Both the position numbers and the translations under genes were made by a program. This document shows, one piece after another, positions 9,642 to 19,181 of a DNA stretch of 64,000 bases. Origin of the DNA: a virus; the IMG/VR virus record IMGVR_UViG_3300032024_000295; one strand, written 5' to 3'. Under the pieces are notes generated by a model. The model saw only the letters and a list, made by a program, of their open reading frames with translations, had not been told where the DNA came from and searched no databases. Position 1 is the stretch's first letter. Every line of letters starts with the position of its first letter.

Positions 9642-10402
9642 AACTTAGCAAATTGCTTTAAGCCTGCCTCAAGTAACTCTTCCTGGCAGGCTAAAAGGTC
9701 TCTATTCTTAAGAAACTTTTTCACAATCGCGAGAGCTCTTTCCCCATCATTAGCAAAGTTTGAGCTGTTTCCATTAGTCTGAAAGATAAGTGTTTCAAGG
9801 TGTTTCAATTTCAGTATCCCTAAAACATTCGATTTAATATCACACGCATTAATTTGAAGTGTTAGAAGATTTGGGCAATTGATATGAATATCATGTAATG
9901 TTTCAAGACCTGTGGCTGGTGCTCTTAAGCTTCTTAGTTTCGGCATTGATGCATCAATAGCTGTTAGTGCTTTTGATGCAAACAATGATAAGTTTTCTAC
10001 ATCAGGATGTATGCCTTTCAATGAAACCAATTTGTAAGAATATTGAGCTTCTAATTCTCTGACTGATGGGCAGTTTTCAAAATTGACAATATCATTATCC
10101 GATACTGTCAATGTATCAACTCTATCCACATTCAATTGAGATAGATTCACAAATCCACGGCATCCAGCAACATTATAAATCGTAACTTCGCCAAATTGCA
10201 CAGGCAATGGTTTTTTAAATATTGTTATTAATTTGCTAAACTTAACTCTGGCCGCAGATATCTTATAGGGCGGTTTTTCATCTACTTTATATCTATCATC
10301 ATAATGAATTCGACCTGAATTAATCTGTTTAACCCCCCACGCCTTAACTGCCTCATAAGTCATATCTACAATGGCATCTTCAAATAGCTCTTTAACTTTC
10401 AT
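9638..10402 (-). CDS. CQEELIEAGL-family protein, LRR body
   Basis: MKVKELFE; LxxLxLxxN-type repeats; ends RDLLACQEELLEAGLKQFAKF. Confidence 0.85.
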   Translation of the reverse strand: MKVKELFEDAIVDMTYEAVKAWGVKQINSGRIHYDDRYKVDEKPPYKISAARVKFSKLITIFKKPLPVQFGEVTIYNVAGCRGFVNLSQLNVDRVDTLTVSDNDIVNFENCPSVRELEAQYSYKLVSLKGIHPDVENLSLFASKALTAIDASMPKLRSLRAPATGLETLHDIHINCPNLLTLQINACDIKSNVLGILKLKHLETLIFQTNGNSSNFANDGERALAIVKKFLKNRDLLACQEELLEAGLKQFAKF

Positions 10403-10403
10403 T

Positions 10404-12233
10404 TTAATCAGCCTCTACGTAAGTGATATAGGCAGTTGAAAACTTAGCATTCTGTCTAAACTTGATGTAAGTCGTTTTGCTATCGAAGATGATGAATAGT
10501 TTTCCACCAGATACTTTGAATAGTTTCAATAGCTCTGTTAAATTCTCACCGTTAGTGATATCAGAGTCAGAGAATATCATCACATTGTATTTGTTTTTCA
10601 GTAAGGTTGATAAATCTGCTACTAATTCAGGAGTAAAGTTCGTCACAGAGCCAAAATGCTCTTTGAAGACCTGACTTAGCTTCTTGTCAAATGAGCGAGG
10701 AGACTCATTAATAGACTTAACTTCAACTGCTTTATCACCCTTGAAGATAGCTTTATAGATGTTATGCACACCGCTAAACTTCATCAATGTAAATTCAGCT
10801 GATTGCAATGGAGCATTCGACCTTAACAAGTTATTGATGTTAGCATAAACTGATTCAATGATGTGGCTCATAGAGCCTGAGCTATCAATACAGAATGCTA
10901 TTTTGGCTTTCTTTAGGTCAAGTGGCATCTCACCAGGTTTCATAGCACCGGCACCCATTTGAGCAGCTGTATGCATACCAGAGATACTTCTTCTAGAAGG
11001 CTTCATATAAGTCTCTTCTGTTTCAACATCAGCGGTTGAGATGAATTGCTTAATCAATTCTTTCCAATTAAACTTGGGTTTAATTTTAGTATAATCAATC
11101 TCACCAGGTTTAACTGCTTGTCTCTCACCACGATTTGAAGTTTCAGAAGGCGGTTTTTTCTATCTGTCAATTTCACGAGCTTCACCAGGAGTTTTGTCGC
11201 GAGAGTCCTTCATCTGTCTTTCGACTTTGTCATTCTGCTTATCGATATCATCTACTGGCTCGCCTTCACCCTCCTCCATTTCTCCGCCTTCACTAGTGCC
11301 TGGCGCATGGTCATCTGACTGCTCATTTAGTTTATTCTTAACTTTCTCCTGCTCATCTTTGCCAAGCTTCTTAAACTCAGCTTCAACCAAATCATACATC
11401 TCTTTGTAAGTTTTCTGACGGTCATAGTTTATCTCGTCATTGAAAAGGCCCATTGGCAATTGCTCATAGCCCGATTTGACTAGCAAGTAGTTAGTCCTGA
11501 AATCTCCTACCCAGTTGATGATAGTTGCATTGGCATTAGGTATCATCTTTTGATAATGGAAGTCATCATAGGTATAATGCATGAATTCGTGGATGATAAC
11601 AAACTCAATGTAGCAATACTCATTAGGGATATCACCACCGTTTGCCACATACTTCAGACCTTTAGGTTGCACATTCTTGATATGCGCCCAATCTATTAGC
11701 TGTTGCATGAAGTGACCATTGAAAGCGAAAACACCTTTAGGAGTGGCGCAAGCAGTTGTGCAACTGTTTAGATACTTAAACTTTGCATCTGGCGTAATGA
11801 CAATGGTTGGCTCATACAATCTTTTGTGATTAAGAAACGAGCGCATTGGGAAAAACTGCTCATGGTCAGCCTTAATACGTCTAATCAATTTGAAGAAGAT
11901 AGTCCTATCAAACTTAGGAGCAGTCTCTACTAAAGCTTGATGCTCTTCCATTAAATTGAAAGAGGTATCTTCTACGATATTCTTAACGATGGTGCCATAC
12001 AGTAGAGGAGCTTTTTGAGCAATATCAGCAAACTCTGCGACTTTATCAGCCACCTGTTTTTCCAATTCAGCTTTAGGCAACTTAGTCTGTTTGACGATGA
12101 TGTCGATTGCTTTTTGGATATGTGGGTCTGTTATTTGGTGGGCAGAGAAATTAACTCTACCACTTTGAAACTTACGCGCTTCAAATGCTTCATTTAATCG
12201 AGTGTATCTATCTAACTTTTTTATTGATGACAT
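10404..12233 (-). CDS. DUF2201-like metallopeptidase (HEFMH) plus VWA protein, interrupted by one in-frame TAG at 11160-11162
   Basis: The two ORF-track pieces are in the same frame and joined by KKPPS...KPKFNWKELIKQF; HExxH motif and MIDAS-like CIDSSGSMS. Confidence 0.8.
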
Positions 12234-12275
12234 GAATAAACCTTAATGGGTTTTAGAATGTAGAATATGTGATTA

Positions 12276-12283
12276 TATTTATC
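12276..12283 (-). promoter_or_regulatory. Late promoter GATAAATA
   Basis: NATAAATA core 43 bp upstream of the 12233 start. Confidence 0.5.
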
Positions 12284-12297
12284 ACATACCTTATAGC

Positions 12298-12867
12298 TTA
12301 GCATATTCCTTTACTCGTACCAAATACCATTCCGGCTAATAATTGCTCCACACCTTGCACTTTCAAGAAACCTAGTAGAGGTCCTACATAATTGCCTGAA
12401 AGCGCCACCTGGCCGTTGAGAGTATGGATATGTCTATGCACATTACTAAAGGATACTTGAGGCAATCCTTCAAAATCGGCAGAGCCGTCTATGTGAGGTG
12501 TTATGCCTTCAAGTGATGTAATGTGAAAGTTTTTGAAGAAAGCAGAAATGACGAGAGCGTAGTGGAATTTGCTACCCGACTCCGCCATTCGTGTATCAAC
12601 TCTATCTGGAAAGTTTTTGAATGATTTACAATATTCGGCCATTACCATAAACTGACCAGTATGACCAAACTTGAATGGTAATTCTCCTTCTTCATCTAAC
12701 CAAGGACGTGTGATAACAACTTGACCATTCACATTGGCTTTTCTATCCAATACTTGGACAGAATTCACTTTGATAGTTGTGTTAAGACCTTTAAATTTTA
12801 CCCACGCCTTAAACTCTTTTTGAATACGTTGGTCTGAAATGCTTTCAAACAGCTCTCTTATCTTCAC
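12298..12867 (-). CDS. CQEELIEAGL-family member with C-terminal deletion
   Basis: GTG start (V)KIRELFE; LRR-like ITSLEGITPHIDG; GPLLGFLKV; out-of-frame remnant AAG GAA TAT GCT AAG CTA TAA (KEYAKL*) at the 3' end. Confidence 0.75.
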   Translation of the reverse strand: MKIRELFESISDQRIQKEFKAWVKFKGLNTTIKVNSVQVLDRKANVNGQVVITRPWLDEEGELPFKFGHTGQFMVMAEYCKSFKNFPDRVDTRMAESGSKFHYALVISAFFKNFHITSLEGITPHIDGSADFEGLPQVSFSNVHRHIHTLNGQVALSGNYVGPLLGFLKVQGVEQLLAGMVFGTSKGIC

Positions 12868-13127
12868 AGTTTAGCAAACTCCTTTAGACCCGCATCTATC
12901 AACTCTTCCTGACATTTTAACACATCTTTGTCGCCGCGTATATGATTTTGCACGATTTTGAGCCATGCTTCTTTACTTGACCCATTAAAATGGATGTCTG
13001 TGGTCCTAGCGAGTTGCAATAGACTTAGCACTGGTCCTTTTACACGGTCTGCATAATAGATACCGAGCTGTTTAGCTGTTGGAGTCTCTGCTTCTGTTAG
13101 TAGTAGAAATTGCTTAAAGCTTTGCAT
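12864..13127 (-). CDS. Minimal CQEELIEAGL-family protein (leader plus C-terminal module only)
   Basis: MQSFKQFLLLTE ... KDVLKCQEELIDAGLKEFAKL, 87 aa. Confidence 0.8.
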   Translation of the reverse strand: MQSFKQFLLLTEAETPTAKQLGIYYADRVKGPVLSLLQLARTTDIHFNGSSKEAWLKIVQNHIRGDKDVLKCQEELIDAGLKEFAKL

Positions 13128-13839
13128 GTTGTTTTAATCCTGCGTCTAATAAATCGTCTTGACAACCAAGAAGGTCTTTAGTATTTAGATGTTTTTTAAC
13201 AATTCTCAACCATTGGTCTTTAACAAATCCTGAGTCTAATGATATAAGATTTTTGAGAGACTTAATATTTAGAAGACCTAAGCCACCTGATTCTACTTGG
13301 CCTGCGCCGAATATCAAAATGGTTTGACAATCTAGAAGCTTATCAATACCTAACAATGAGACTTTTCTAGACAAATCACCATTGTAAGAAAGATTGATTT
13401 CAGGCCACTCGATTCTAGTTTTCAATGTCTCATTAATCCAAACTTTTTCTGGATAAGCAGAAACGAAGGCACTACCTAAAGCTTCATGGCAGAATGTAAT
13501 ACTTTCATTGAAAAACTTCTTCAATACATCGTGAGCCCCTTCAGCATCTTTTCTAATCGAATAGTTGAGTTGCACCTCTTCAATTGACATATCATCTGTG
13601 ATGACCTTTGCCTCAATGTTTGGCATCCCTAAATGTTTACGAAGAGCCGATGTTAGCTTCTTCTCAAGATACTCAGGATTCCATCTATAAACCCCCTTGA
13701 AATGACCAGGCTTTAACCAATGATCAGATAGACTCACTTTACTGACAGTGAAAGAGGTTGTGGCTAATGGGTATTTGTAGGTCTGATAATCTTCCCAAGG
13801 TTGAGAGACTTCAGTGATTAGCTCTTCTAGTATATTCAT
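13114..13839 (-). CDS. CQEELIEAGL-family protein
   Basis: True start MNILEEL at 13839 (ATGA overlap); ends KDLLGCQDDLLDAGLKQHAKL. Confidence 0.8.
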   Translation of the reverse strand: MNILEELITEVSQPWEDYQTYKYPLATTSFTVSKVSLSDHWLKPGHFKGVYRWNPEYLEKKLTSALRKHLGMPNIEAKVITDDMSIEEVQLNYSIRKDAEGAHDVLKKFFNESITFCHEALGSAFVSAYPEKVWINETLKTRIEWPEINLSYNGDLSRKVSLLGIDKLLDCQTILIFGAGQVESGGLGLLNIKSLKNLISLDSGFVKDQWLRIVKKHLNTKDLLGCQDDLLDAGLKQHAKL

Positions 13840-14450
13840 AGTTTCGCGTATTGTTTTAGTCCTGCTTCGATTAGCTCTTCTTGACATCCTAAGATATCAT
13901 GCGACATTGTATTTAGATACTTATCAACAAACTTAACCCAGGTTGGTTTAATATGGCCAACAATCGTAACAATATTCTTCATTTTGACTAATGTTAAAAC
14001 CCCGCCTGTAACATTCATCGGTTTGTTAAGATAGAAACTTCTGCATTTGATTACTTTATCAAGCCCAGAAATCGACGTATCAGGAGCTTCTGCAAAAAAC
14101 GCTATTGAATCGGCTTCTATTAAATGGTCAGGGACGCTAGTAATATCTATTATATCCAAAACAAATGGCATATCTAATTCATATTCTACCAATATTGCTT
14201 CTATTTCTTTTCTAACTTTTTCAATATTCTGCTTATTTAATTCTTTAGCTGGCACGTATCCGAATTTAATTTTGCATCTCTTTGCAGTATTAAGAATATG
14301 TTTGCTAACCCAATTACCTAATTGAATTTTTAAAATCTTTTGCCAAGCACCTGCGAAATAGAATGACTCCATTTTTGAAGTATCAAAAATAAATGTTAAT
14401 TCACCAGTTGCATTATTGTCCGCTTCAAAAAACAATTCTTCAATTCTCAT
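13836..14450 (-). CDS. CQEELIEAGL-family protein
   Basis: MRIEELFFE; ends HDILGCQEELIEAGLKQYAKL. Confidence 0.8.
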   Translation of the reverse strand: MRIEELFFEADNNATGELTFIFDTSKMESFYFAGAWQKILKIQLGNWVSKHILNTAKRCKIKFGYVPAKELNKQNIEKVRKEIEAILVEYELDMPFVLDIIDITSVPDHLIEADSIAFFAEAPDTSISGLDKVIKCRSFYLNKPMNVTGGVLTLVKMKNIVTIVGHIKPTWVKFVDKYLNTMSHDILGCQEELIEAGLKQYAKL

Positions 14451-15145
14451 AATTTTGCATAGTCCTTAAATCCCGCTTCTAGTAAATCTTCTTGGGATTT
14501 CAACATATCTTTACCATTATCAAAGTTGTAAATTATAATTTTTAACCACGTATTTGGGGCCAAAGTGGAAGTAAGTGTTTCTAATCCCTTGATTTTAAGT
14601 AATCCTATCCCACCATCAATTATAAAACTTTGGCGAGAAATTTGCAGTTTTCGACAATGAGATATTTGTTTGTGGATATTTCGAAGAGATATCTTCTGAC
14701 CTGTATATGCCGAAATTTGTATACTCGGATAATCAATTACCATTGACGGGTCTAGTGTTGCAACAATCCAAACATATTTGTCAAATGAGGTGAAGGCTTC
14801 TGGATAATGGTCAGACATTTCACCCAACATAAATTCGTGAAACAATTTATCAAACTCTTCCAATGTTTTTTCGATAGCGTCTTCAGTCCCTTGAGAAGCA
14901 CTTTCGATATCAATTAACACTGATATTTCGCCACGTCCATATATAGCTTCAATAGTGCGACCCATCTGTTGGCCGATTATATTATGGCTAATATCGGTAT
15001 TGAGGGCACTACCATTCAAGTTTTGATTATTCTCATCATAGAAATACTTACCAGGAATGTCCTTTAGTGGGACAGTATAGGTCACGTGTATCTTAGGAAG
15101 TGTACCACTAATCCCTTCGCTAATAAAATGTTTGAATGATTTCAT
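14447..15145 (-). CDS. CQEELIEAGL-family protein with T4 IP-like leader
   Basis: MKSFKHFISE (cf. T4 IPIII MKTYQEFIAE); ends KDMLKSQEDLLEAGFKDYAKL. Confidence 0.8.
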   Translation of the reverse strand: MKSFKHFISEGISGTLPKIHVTYTVPLKDIPGKYFYDENNQNLNGSALNTDISHNIIGQQMGRTIEAIYGRGEISVLIDIESASQGTEDAIEKTLEEFDKLFHEFMLGEMSDHYPEAFTSFDKYVWIVATLDPSMVIDYPSIQISAYTGQKISLRNIHKQISHCRKLQISRQSFIIDGGIGLLKIKGLETLTSTLAPNTWLKIIIYNFDNGKDMLKSQEDLLEAGFKDYAKL

Positions 15146-15484
15146 TTAATCTTCGTCCGCTTCTTCTTTAATACGTTTAGCTAACATATGAAGAGCTGAT
15201 GAATAATGCGCATGAATATCGGCATTCTTCTTAAACTCGTCAAGTAGTTTAGTGCCTTGATATATTTTGCCTTCATGAGTTATCTTGTATGATTTATGTT
15301 TGTAAGAAAACTTTAATAGCCCTCTACCTAAATCATGGTCGGAAGATTTTAATACAAATGGCATTGTATTAAAATGAGAGCCATGGATTACTTTTTTAAT
15401 TGATGATATTAAATCATTTTCAGAATGAGTCCTAAAAGCTTTTGGAGTTTCTAATGATTTATCAAATAAGTCGGCAAGTTTCAT
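15146..15484 (-). CDS. Hypothetical protein, MKLADLFD leader
   Basis: ORF tightly packed in the operon. Confidence 0.6.
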   Translation of the reverse strand: MKLADLFDKSLETPKAFRTHSENDLISSIKKVIHGSHFNTMPFVLKSSDHDLGRGLLKFSYKHKSYKITHEGKIYQGTKLLDEFKKNADIHAHYSSALHMLAKRIKEEADED

Positions 15485-15548
15485 ACTACCTCTGGTTTTA
15501 ATATTAATTAATAGTTAATGTGTGTAATGTTGCACAATTATAGAATTT

Positions 15549-16220
15549 CTAAAATTCGCCTTCTTCGCCAAATTTGAAAGTACCAAAACCTCCAGGTGTT
15601 TTGGTACTTCCCTGTAGCCAATCCAAATACCAATGAATTGTAGATGGGCATTTGTTTGTTAAACTTTCCTGCAAATTATCATCTTTTTGAGTAGCTAGCC
15701 AAAAATATATTTGCGAATTATCATTTGCTGTATCATCTTCTTTAGGTCGCTCATCAAATTCTGATATTTCATTAGTGTGTAAATTGAGAGTATTTACGCT
15801 AACAAATTGATGAAGTTTTCTCCATACCTTTTCAATTTCTGTAGAGAGAGAATATCCATTTACTAATTTATATCCTTCATTTACCATTTTGGTATATAAA
15901 TCAGTGCCTAGACCCTGCCTTTGATATTCTGGAAATATTGTCACATCTCTCACTTGCCAATAATCTGATTTAATATTATGAATCCACATATAGCCAACAA
16001 TATCGCTTTTATTAACTCTATCAGTCAGTATAAAAAATATATCCTTATTTTCTATTTTATACTCATATACGGTAATAGCTTTTTGACCTTTAATTGTAAA
16101 TTGTATATGTAATAATTTACTATTAGGAATAAAGCTAACTAAAGTATCTCTATCAAAAGAGGCTGCTAATGGAATGTTGCTTCTAAATTCAGAGATAAAT
16201 TGTCTAAACGTTGATTTCAT
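15549..16220 (-). CDS. GNAT-fold acyltransferase-like protein; paralog of 4050-4718
   Basis: Likely start MKSTFRQFISE at 16220; VRDVTIFPEYQRQGLGTDLY motif A. Confidence 0.7.
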   Translation of the reverse strand: MKSTFRQFISEFRSNIPLAASFDRDTLVSFIPNSKLLHIQFTIKGQKAITVYEYKIENKDIFFILTDRVNKSDIVGYMWIHNIKSDYWQVRDVTIFPEYQRQGLGTDLYTKMVNEGYKLVNGYSLSTEIEKVWRKLHQFVSVNTLNLHTNEISEFDERPKEDDTANDNSQIYFWLATQKDDNLQESLTNKCPSTIHWYLDWLQGSTKTPGGFGTFKFGEEGEF

Positions 16221-16398
16221 TTTCTTCAAGTATCGGGATGTAGAAGTTTTCACCAGGTCGAGGGGCGCGTAGTCCATTCTTCTCATTGAAAAGACTCATT
16301 AGCTCACTCAGTTTTTCACCATGAATGTAGTTATTCTTCATTCGAATAGCAGCCTCAATTGTCATACCTGGCATGAAGAGGAATGGCTCGTATCTCAT
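16204..16398 (-). CDS. Small LysM-like protein
   Basis: LSELMSLFNEKNGLRAPRPGENFYIP resembles the C-terminal half of LysM. Confidence 0.35.
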   Translation of the reverse strand: MRYEPFLFMPGMTIEAAIRMKNNYIHGEKLSELMSLFNEKNGLRAPRPGENFYIPILEENEINV

Positions 16399-16399
16399 A

Positions 16400-17560
16400 T
16401 TAGATTTTCATGAATTTGGTAACATTGATATTGTCAGGGACAATGTTGCCTTTATCGAATTTCAAGAAGATGTAAAGGCTTGATGGCATTTTAAACTTCT
16501 CACGCATTTCCCGATAGTCTTCATCATCTTTTGCTAATTCTTTAAGATGCATAAGTTTCTTTTTCAATTTTTCATATTCAGGAGTGAATTCGTCTAAACG
16601 ATATTCAATGTAGGCTCTTTTCCAAGTATCAACCCCTTCAGTTTGTTTCAATCTATCCATTGTAATTATTTCATTTTTCAATTCATACATTTGCTCATTA
16701 ACTTTGATTTTATCTAGATAGCCAGACTTTTTGATAAGGTCTATAAACTCTTCAGGGGTGCCAGCAGAAGGAGCGTTAAAAGCCTTAAACTTTTGTAATC
16801 GAGCTTTCAAAGAATATTTGAAATTGTTAGCCATTGTTTCTTCTTCTTCCTGAGTCGGCTTTCTACCAGATTGTGGGGCCGTAGCAGGGATTGGATGATC
16901 ATCCAAAGAGTTTTTAACAGAGCGAGCGGCTTCTCTTTCTTTAGCGCGTTTTATTCTGTCTTGGTCTTTCTTAACTACTAAGATTTCGAAAGTTTTATTG
17001 CCTAATGATTTCAATACTTTGGTCAATACTGTTAGCACTTTATACAATTGTGATTCATTACCTTCAGCAGTTGCACCATCTTTAATATCAGCGCCACGAA
17101 GAGCGACTGCATTTTCAGAATGCTCTGATGCGATATCAGCAGTGCCGAATATTCTTTCCCAAGAAGATGTCCAGATGTAATCAGAAGTTGGGCCTTGATT
17201 GCCACCTCTTTTGAATTTAAGTGCTACGAATACCTGAGCGCCGCCGACTTTAACAACAAGCGCTCTAACATTCACGTCTTCTTTGATAGCACGATGAATA
17301 TCAGCGGCTGATTTGCCTGTTAGACTTTCCACTGGCGATTTGGCACCGATATCAGATGGCAAATCAACTTCTACTTTACGAGTATAAGAAGGACTACCAC
17401 CGTACCCTCTATCGCGACTATGAGTGATTTTACGTTTGATGACTTTTAGAAACTCAGGGTCAATTTCTTTCAATTTACCAAAGTCTTCACATAATAGATT
17501 TTCTATTAAGAAATCATTGTAAGAATTAATGTTTGATTCAAATAGCTCGAATATTTTCAT
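16400..17560 (-). CDS. Hypothetical, probable head-internal protein
   Basis: MKIFELFE...LIENLLCE leader rich in L/I-x-E prohead protease-like sites; late promoter upstream. Confidence 0.55.
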   Translation of the reverse strand: MKIFELFESNINSYNDFLIENLLCEDFGKLKEIDPEFLKVIKRKITHSRDRGYGGSPSYTRKVEVDLPSDIGAKSPVESLTGKSAADIHRAIKEDVNVRALVVKVGGAQVFVALKFKRGGNQGPTSDYIWTSSWERIFGTADIASEHSENAVALRGADIKDGATAEGNESQLYKVLTVLTKVLKSLGNKTFEILVVKKDQDRIKRAKEREAARSVKNSLDDHPIPATAPQSGRKPTQEEEETMANNFKYSLKARLQKFKAFNAPSAGTPEEFIDLIKKSGYLDKIKVNEQMYELKNEIITMDRLKQTEGVDTWKRAYIEYRLDEFTPEYEKLKKKLMHLKELAKDDEDYREMREKFKMPSSLYIFLKFDKGNIVPDNINVTKFMKI

Positions 17561-17604
17561 ATTAGTACGGGGTCCTGATAAAAAGTTAATGGTAGCGCAT
17601 TAGA

Positions 17605-17632
17605 GGTATTTATCGGGCTCCTCATAAATACC
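17605..17632. promoter_or_regulatory. Back-to-back divergent late promoters (GATAAATA minus, CATAAATA plus) forming an inverted repeat
   Basis: GGTATTTAT-10 nt-ATAAATACC between divergent late genes. Confidence 0.65.
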
Positions 17633-17675
17633 TTATTAAATAATGACACACCTACAAACAAAAGGTATTTAACAT

Positions 17676-19181
17676 ATGTCAACAACTATTGAGGCATCAA
17701 CTGCGCAACTTTGGGAAGAAGGCCGTCAAGTCCAATTGACTTTGGCTCGCTCTGCACCAACACCTCTTACTATCAATTGGGTTATTCCGCCAACATCAAC
17801 GCCCTTTAAGGGCTATGTTGTCCTTCTCCATACGTCAATGCTGGAAGCTGCTCAACAACCTACTGACGGTGTTAGATATCTCGCATCATCAAATGCGTCT
17901 ATCCCAGCTGATACCATTGGTGGGGCTCAGGTCATTGCTTCAGCCTATTGGATATTCCAGGACCCACTAACTGCAACTTCTGTAGTAGTCACCAATGTTG
18001 ACCCTAATCTGGTGTATTATGCAAGCATTCATATCTGCTCTAATGTCATTCAATACTATCCATTTGGCGCTAAATCTTATGCATTAGACGGAGCTAGAGT
18101 AGAGCAACACGTTGATGGTTTTACTGGCTCGATTCCACAATCATTAGCACCTCCAACTAATCCTAATATCGGTCAAGTCTATTATAACCCATCAGCAAAT
18201 TCAGTGTCTATGTGGAATGGCGCTGCATGGATGCCAGCTTCTACAACGACCGTTATTACTGGAATGACATTCCCAGTGACGCCTGTTGCAGGCCAATTTT
18301 TCTATCAAACTTCAACACACGTCCTATTCATATGGAATGGCACATCTTGGACACAAGCAAATACTGACCAAATTGGCACACCTTCATATGACAAGACGCC
18401 AATCGGCTCGACTGGGTCTCTCGATGAAAGAGTTAGGTTAGTCAATGACCTAAAAGCCCAATTAGGTTGGCCTGCAGTTTGTGTAGAATTGGATGAGCAG
18501 AATTTTGATGTTGCAATCAACATCGCTCTTGGTGAGTTTAGAAGACGCTCTGATAGTGCATATGAGCATAAACATGTGCTATTCACCATTCTTGAGGGGC
18601 AACCGACTTACTATCTAAATGACCCAGTTGTAGGGACAGACCGAATTGTGGATATTCAAAAAATTCACCGTGTTTCAACCATAGGTTTGAATGTATTAGG
18701 TGGCGATAATGGTATCTATTCTCAAATCTTCTACAATCAATTCTTCTATGGCGCTATGATTGATGTATTGTCTATTCATCTTGCTAACTCAATGGCTGAA
18801 GAGTATGAAAGGATTTTCGCAGGCAATCTAATGTTTGAGTGGAATGAAGCCAAACGTGAATTGAAAATTTTAAGAAAACTCTACAAGCAAGAGAAAGTCG
18901 TATTGGAATGTTATATGGAAAAGACAGAGCAAGAGCTATTGACGGATAGATGGGCTAAACTTTGGATAAGAGATTGGGCTCTTGCTAAATGTTTTGAAAT
19001 GTTAGGAATGTCTCGCACGAAATACGGCTCACTTCCTGGCGCGGGTGGTGGACTAACTTTGAATGGCGACACTTTGCTTCAGAAATCAGAAACTATGTTT
19101 ACTGAATTACAACGACAAATCAATGATTTCGAAGTTGGTAACTTGACTGGAGTAGGCAACTGCGCATTCCTCTGTGGTTAA
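17676..19181 (+). CDS. Neck protein (T4 gp13-like) with N-terminal extension
   Basis: C-half LGWPAVCVELDEQNFDVAI ... WIRDWALAKCFEMLG..RTKY..LPG.GG.LTLNG is typical of gp13. Confidence 0.85.
   Translation: MSTTIEASTAQLWEEGRQVQLTLARSAPTPLTINWVIPPTSTPFKGYVVLLHTSMLEAAQQPTDGVRYLASSNASIPADTIGGAQVIASAYWIFQDPLTATSVVVTNVDPNLVYYASIHICSNVIQYYPFGAKSYALDGARVEQHVDGFTGSIPQSLAPPTNPNIGQVYYNPSANSVSMWNGAAWMPASTTTVITGMTFPVTPVAGQFFYQTSTHVLFIWNGTSWTQANTDQIGTPSYDKTPIGSTGSLDERVRLVNDLKAQLGWPAVCVELDEQNFDVAINIALGEFRRRSDSAYEHKHVLFTILEGQPTYYLNDPVVGTDRIVDIQKIHRVSTIGLNVLGGDNGIYSQIFYNQFFYGAMIDVLSIHLANSMAEEYERIFAGNLMFEWNEAKRELKILRKLYKQEKVVLECYMEKTEQELLTDRWAKLWIRDWALAKCFEMLGMSRTKYGSLPGAGGGLTLNGDTLLQKSETMFTELQRQINDFEVGNLTGVGNCAFLCG

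Noticed and set aside
2780-13887. ORF-track N-termini MSRRINRGR / MSRRAHRSR / MSRRANRSR as a conserved leader peptide
   Set aside because: They are the shifted frame of the upstream gene's tail DNA (TGT CAA GAA GAA). The real starts are 16 codons later at ATGA overlaps, two of them with good SDs.
2130-15145. CRISPR array or DGR template/variable repeats
   Set aside because: The repeats are coding, differ at synonymous sites rather than at adenines only, and are separated by whole genes; no RT or cas genes are in the window.
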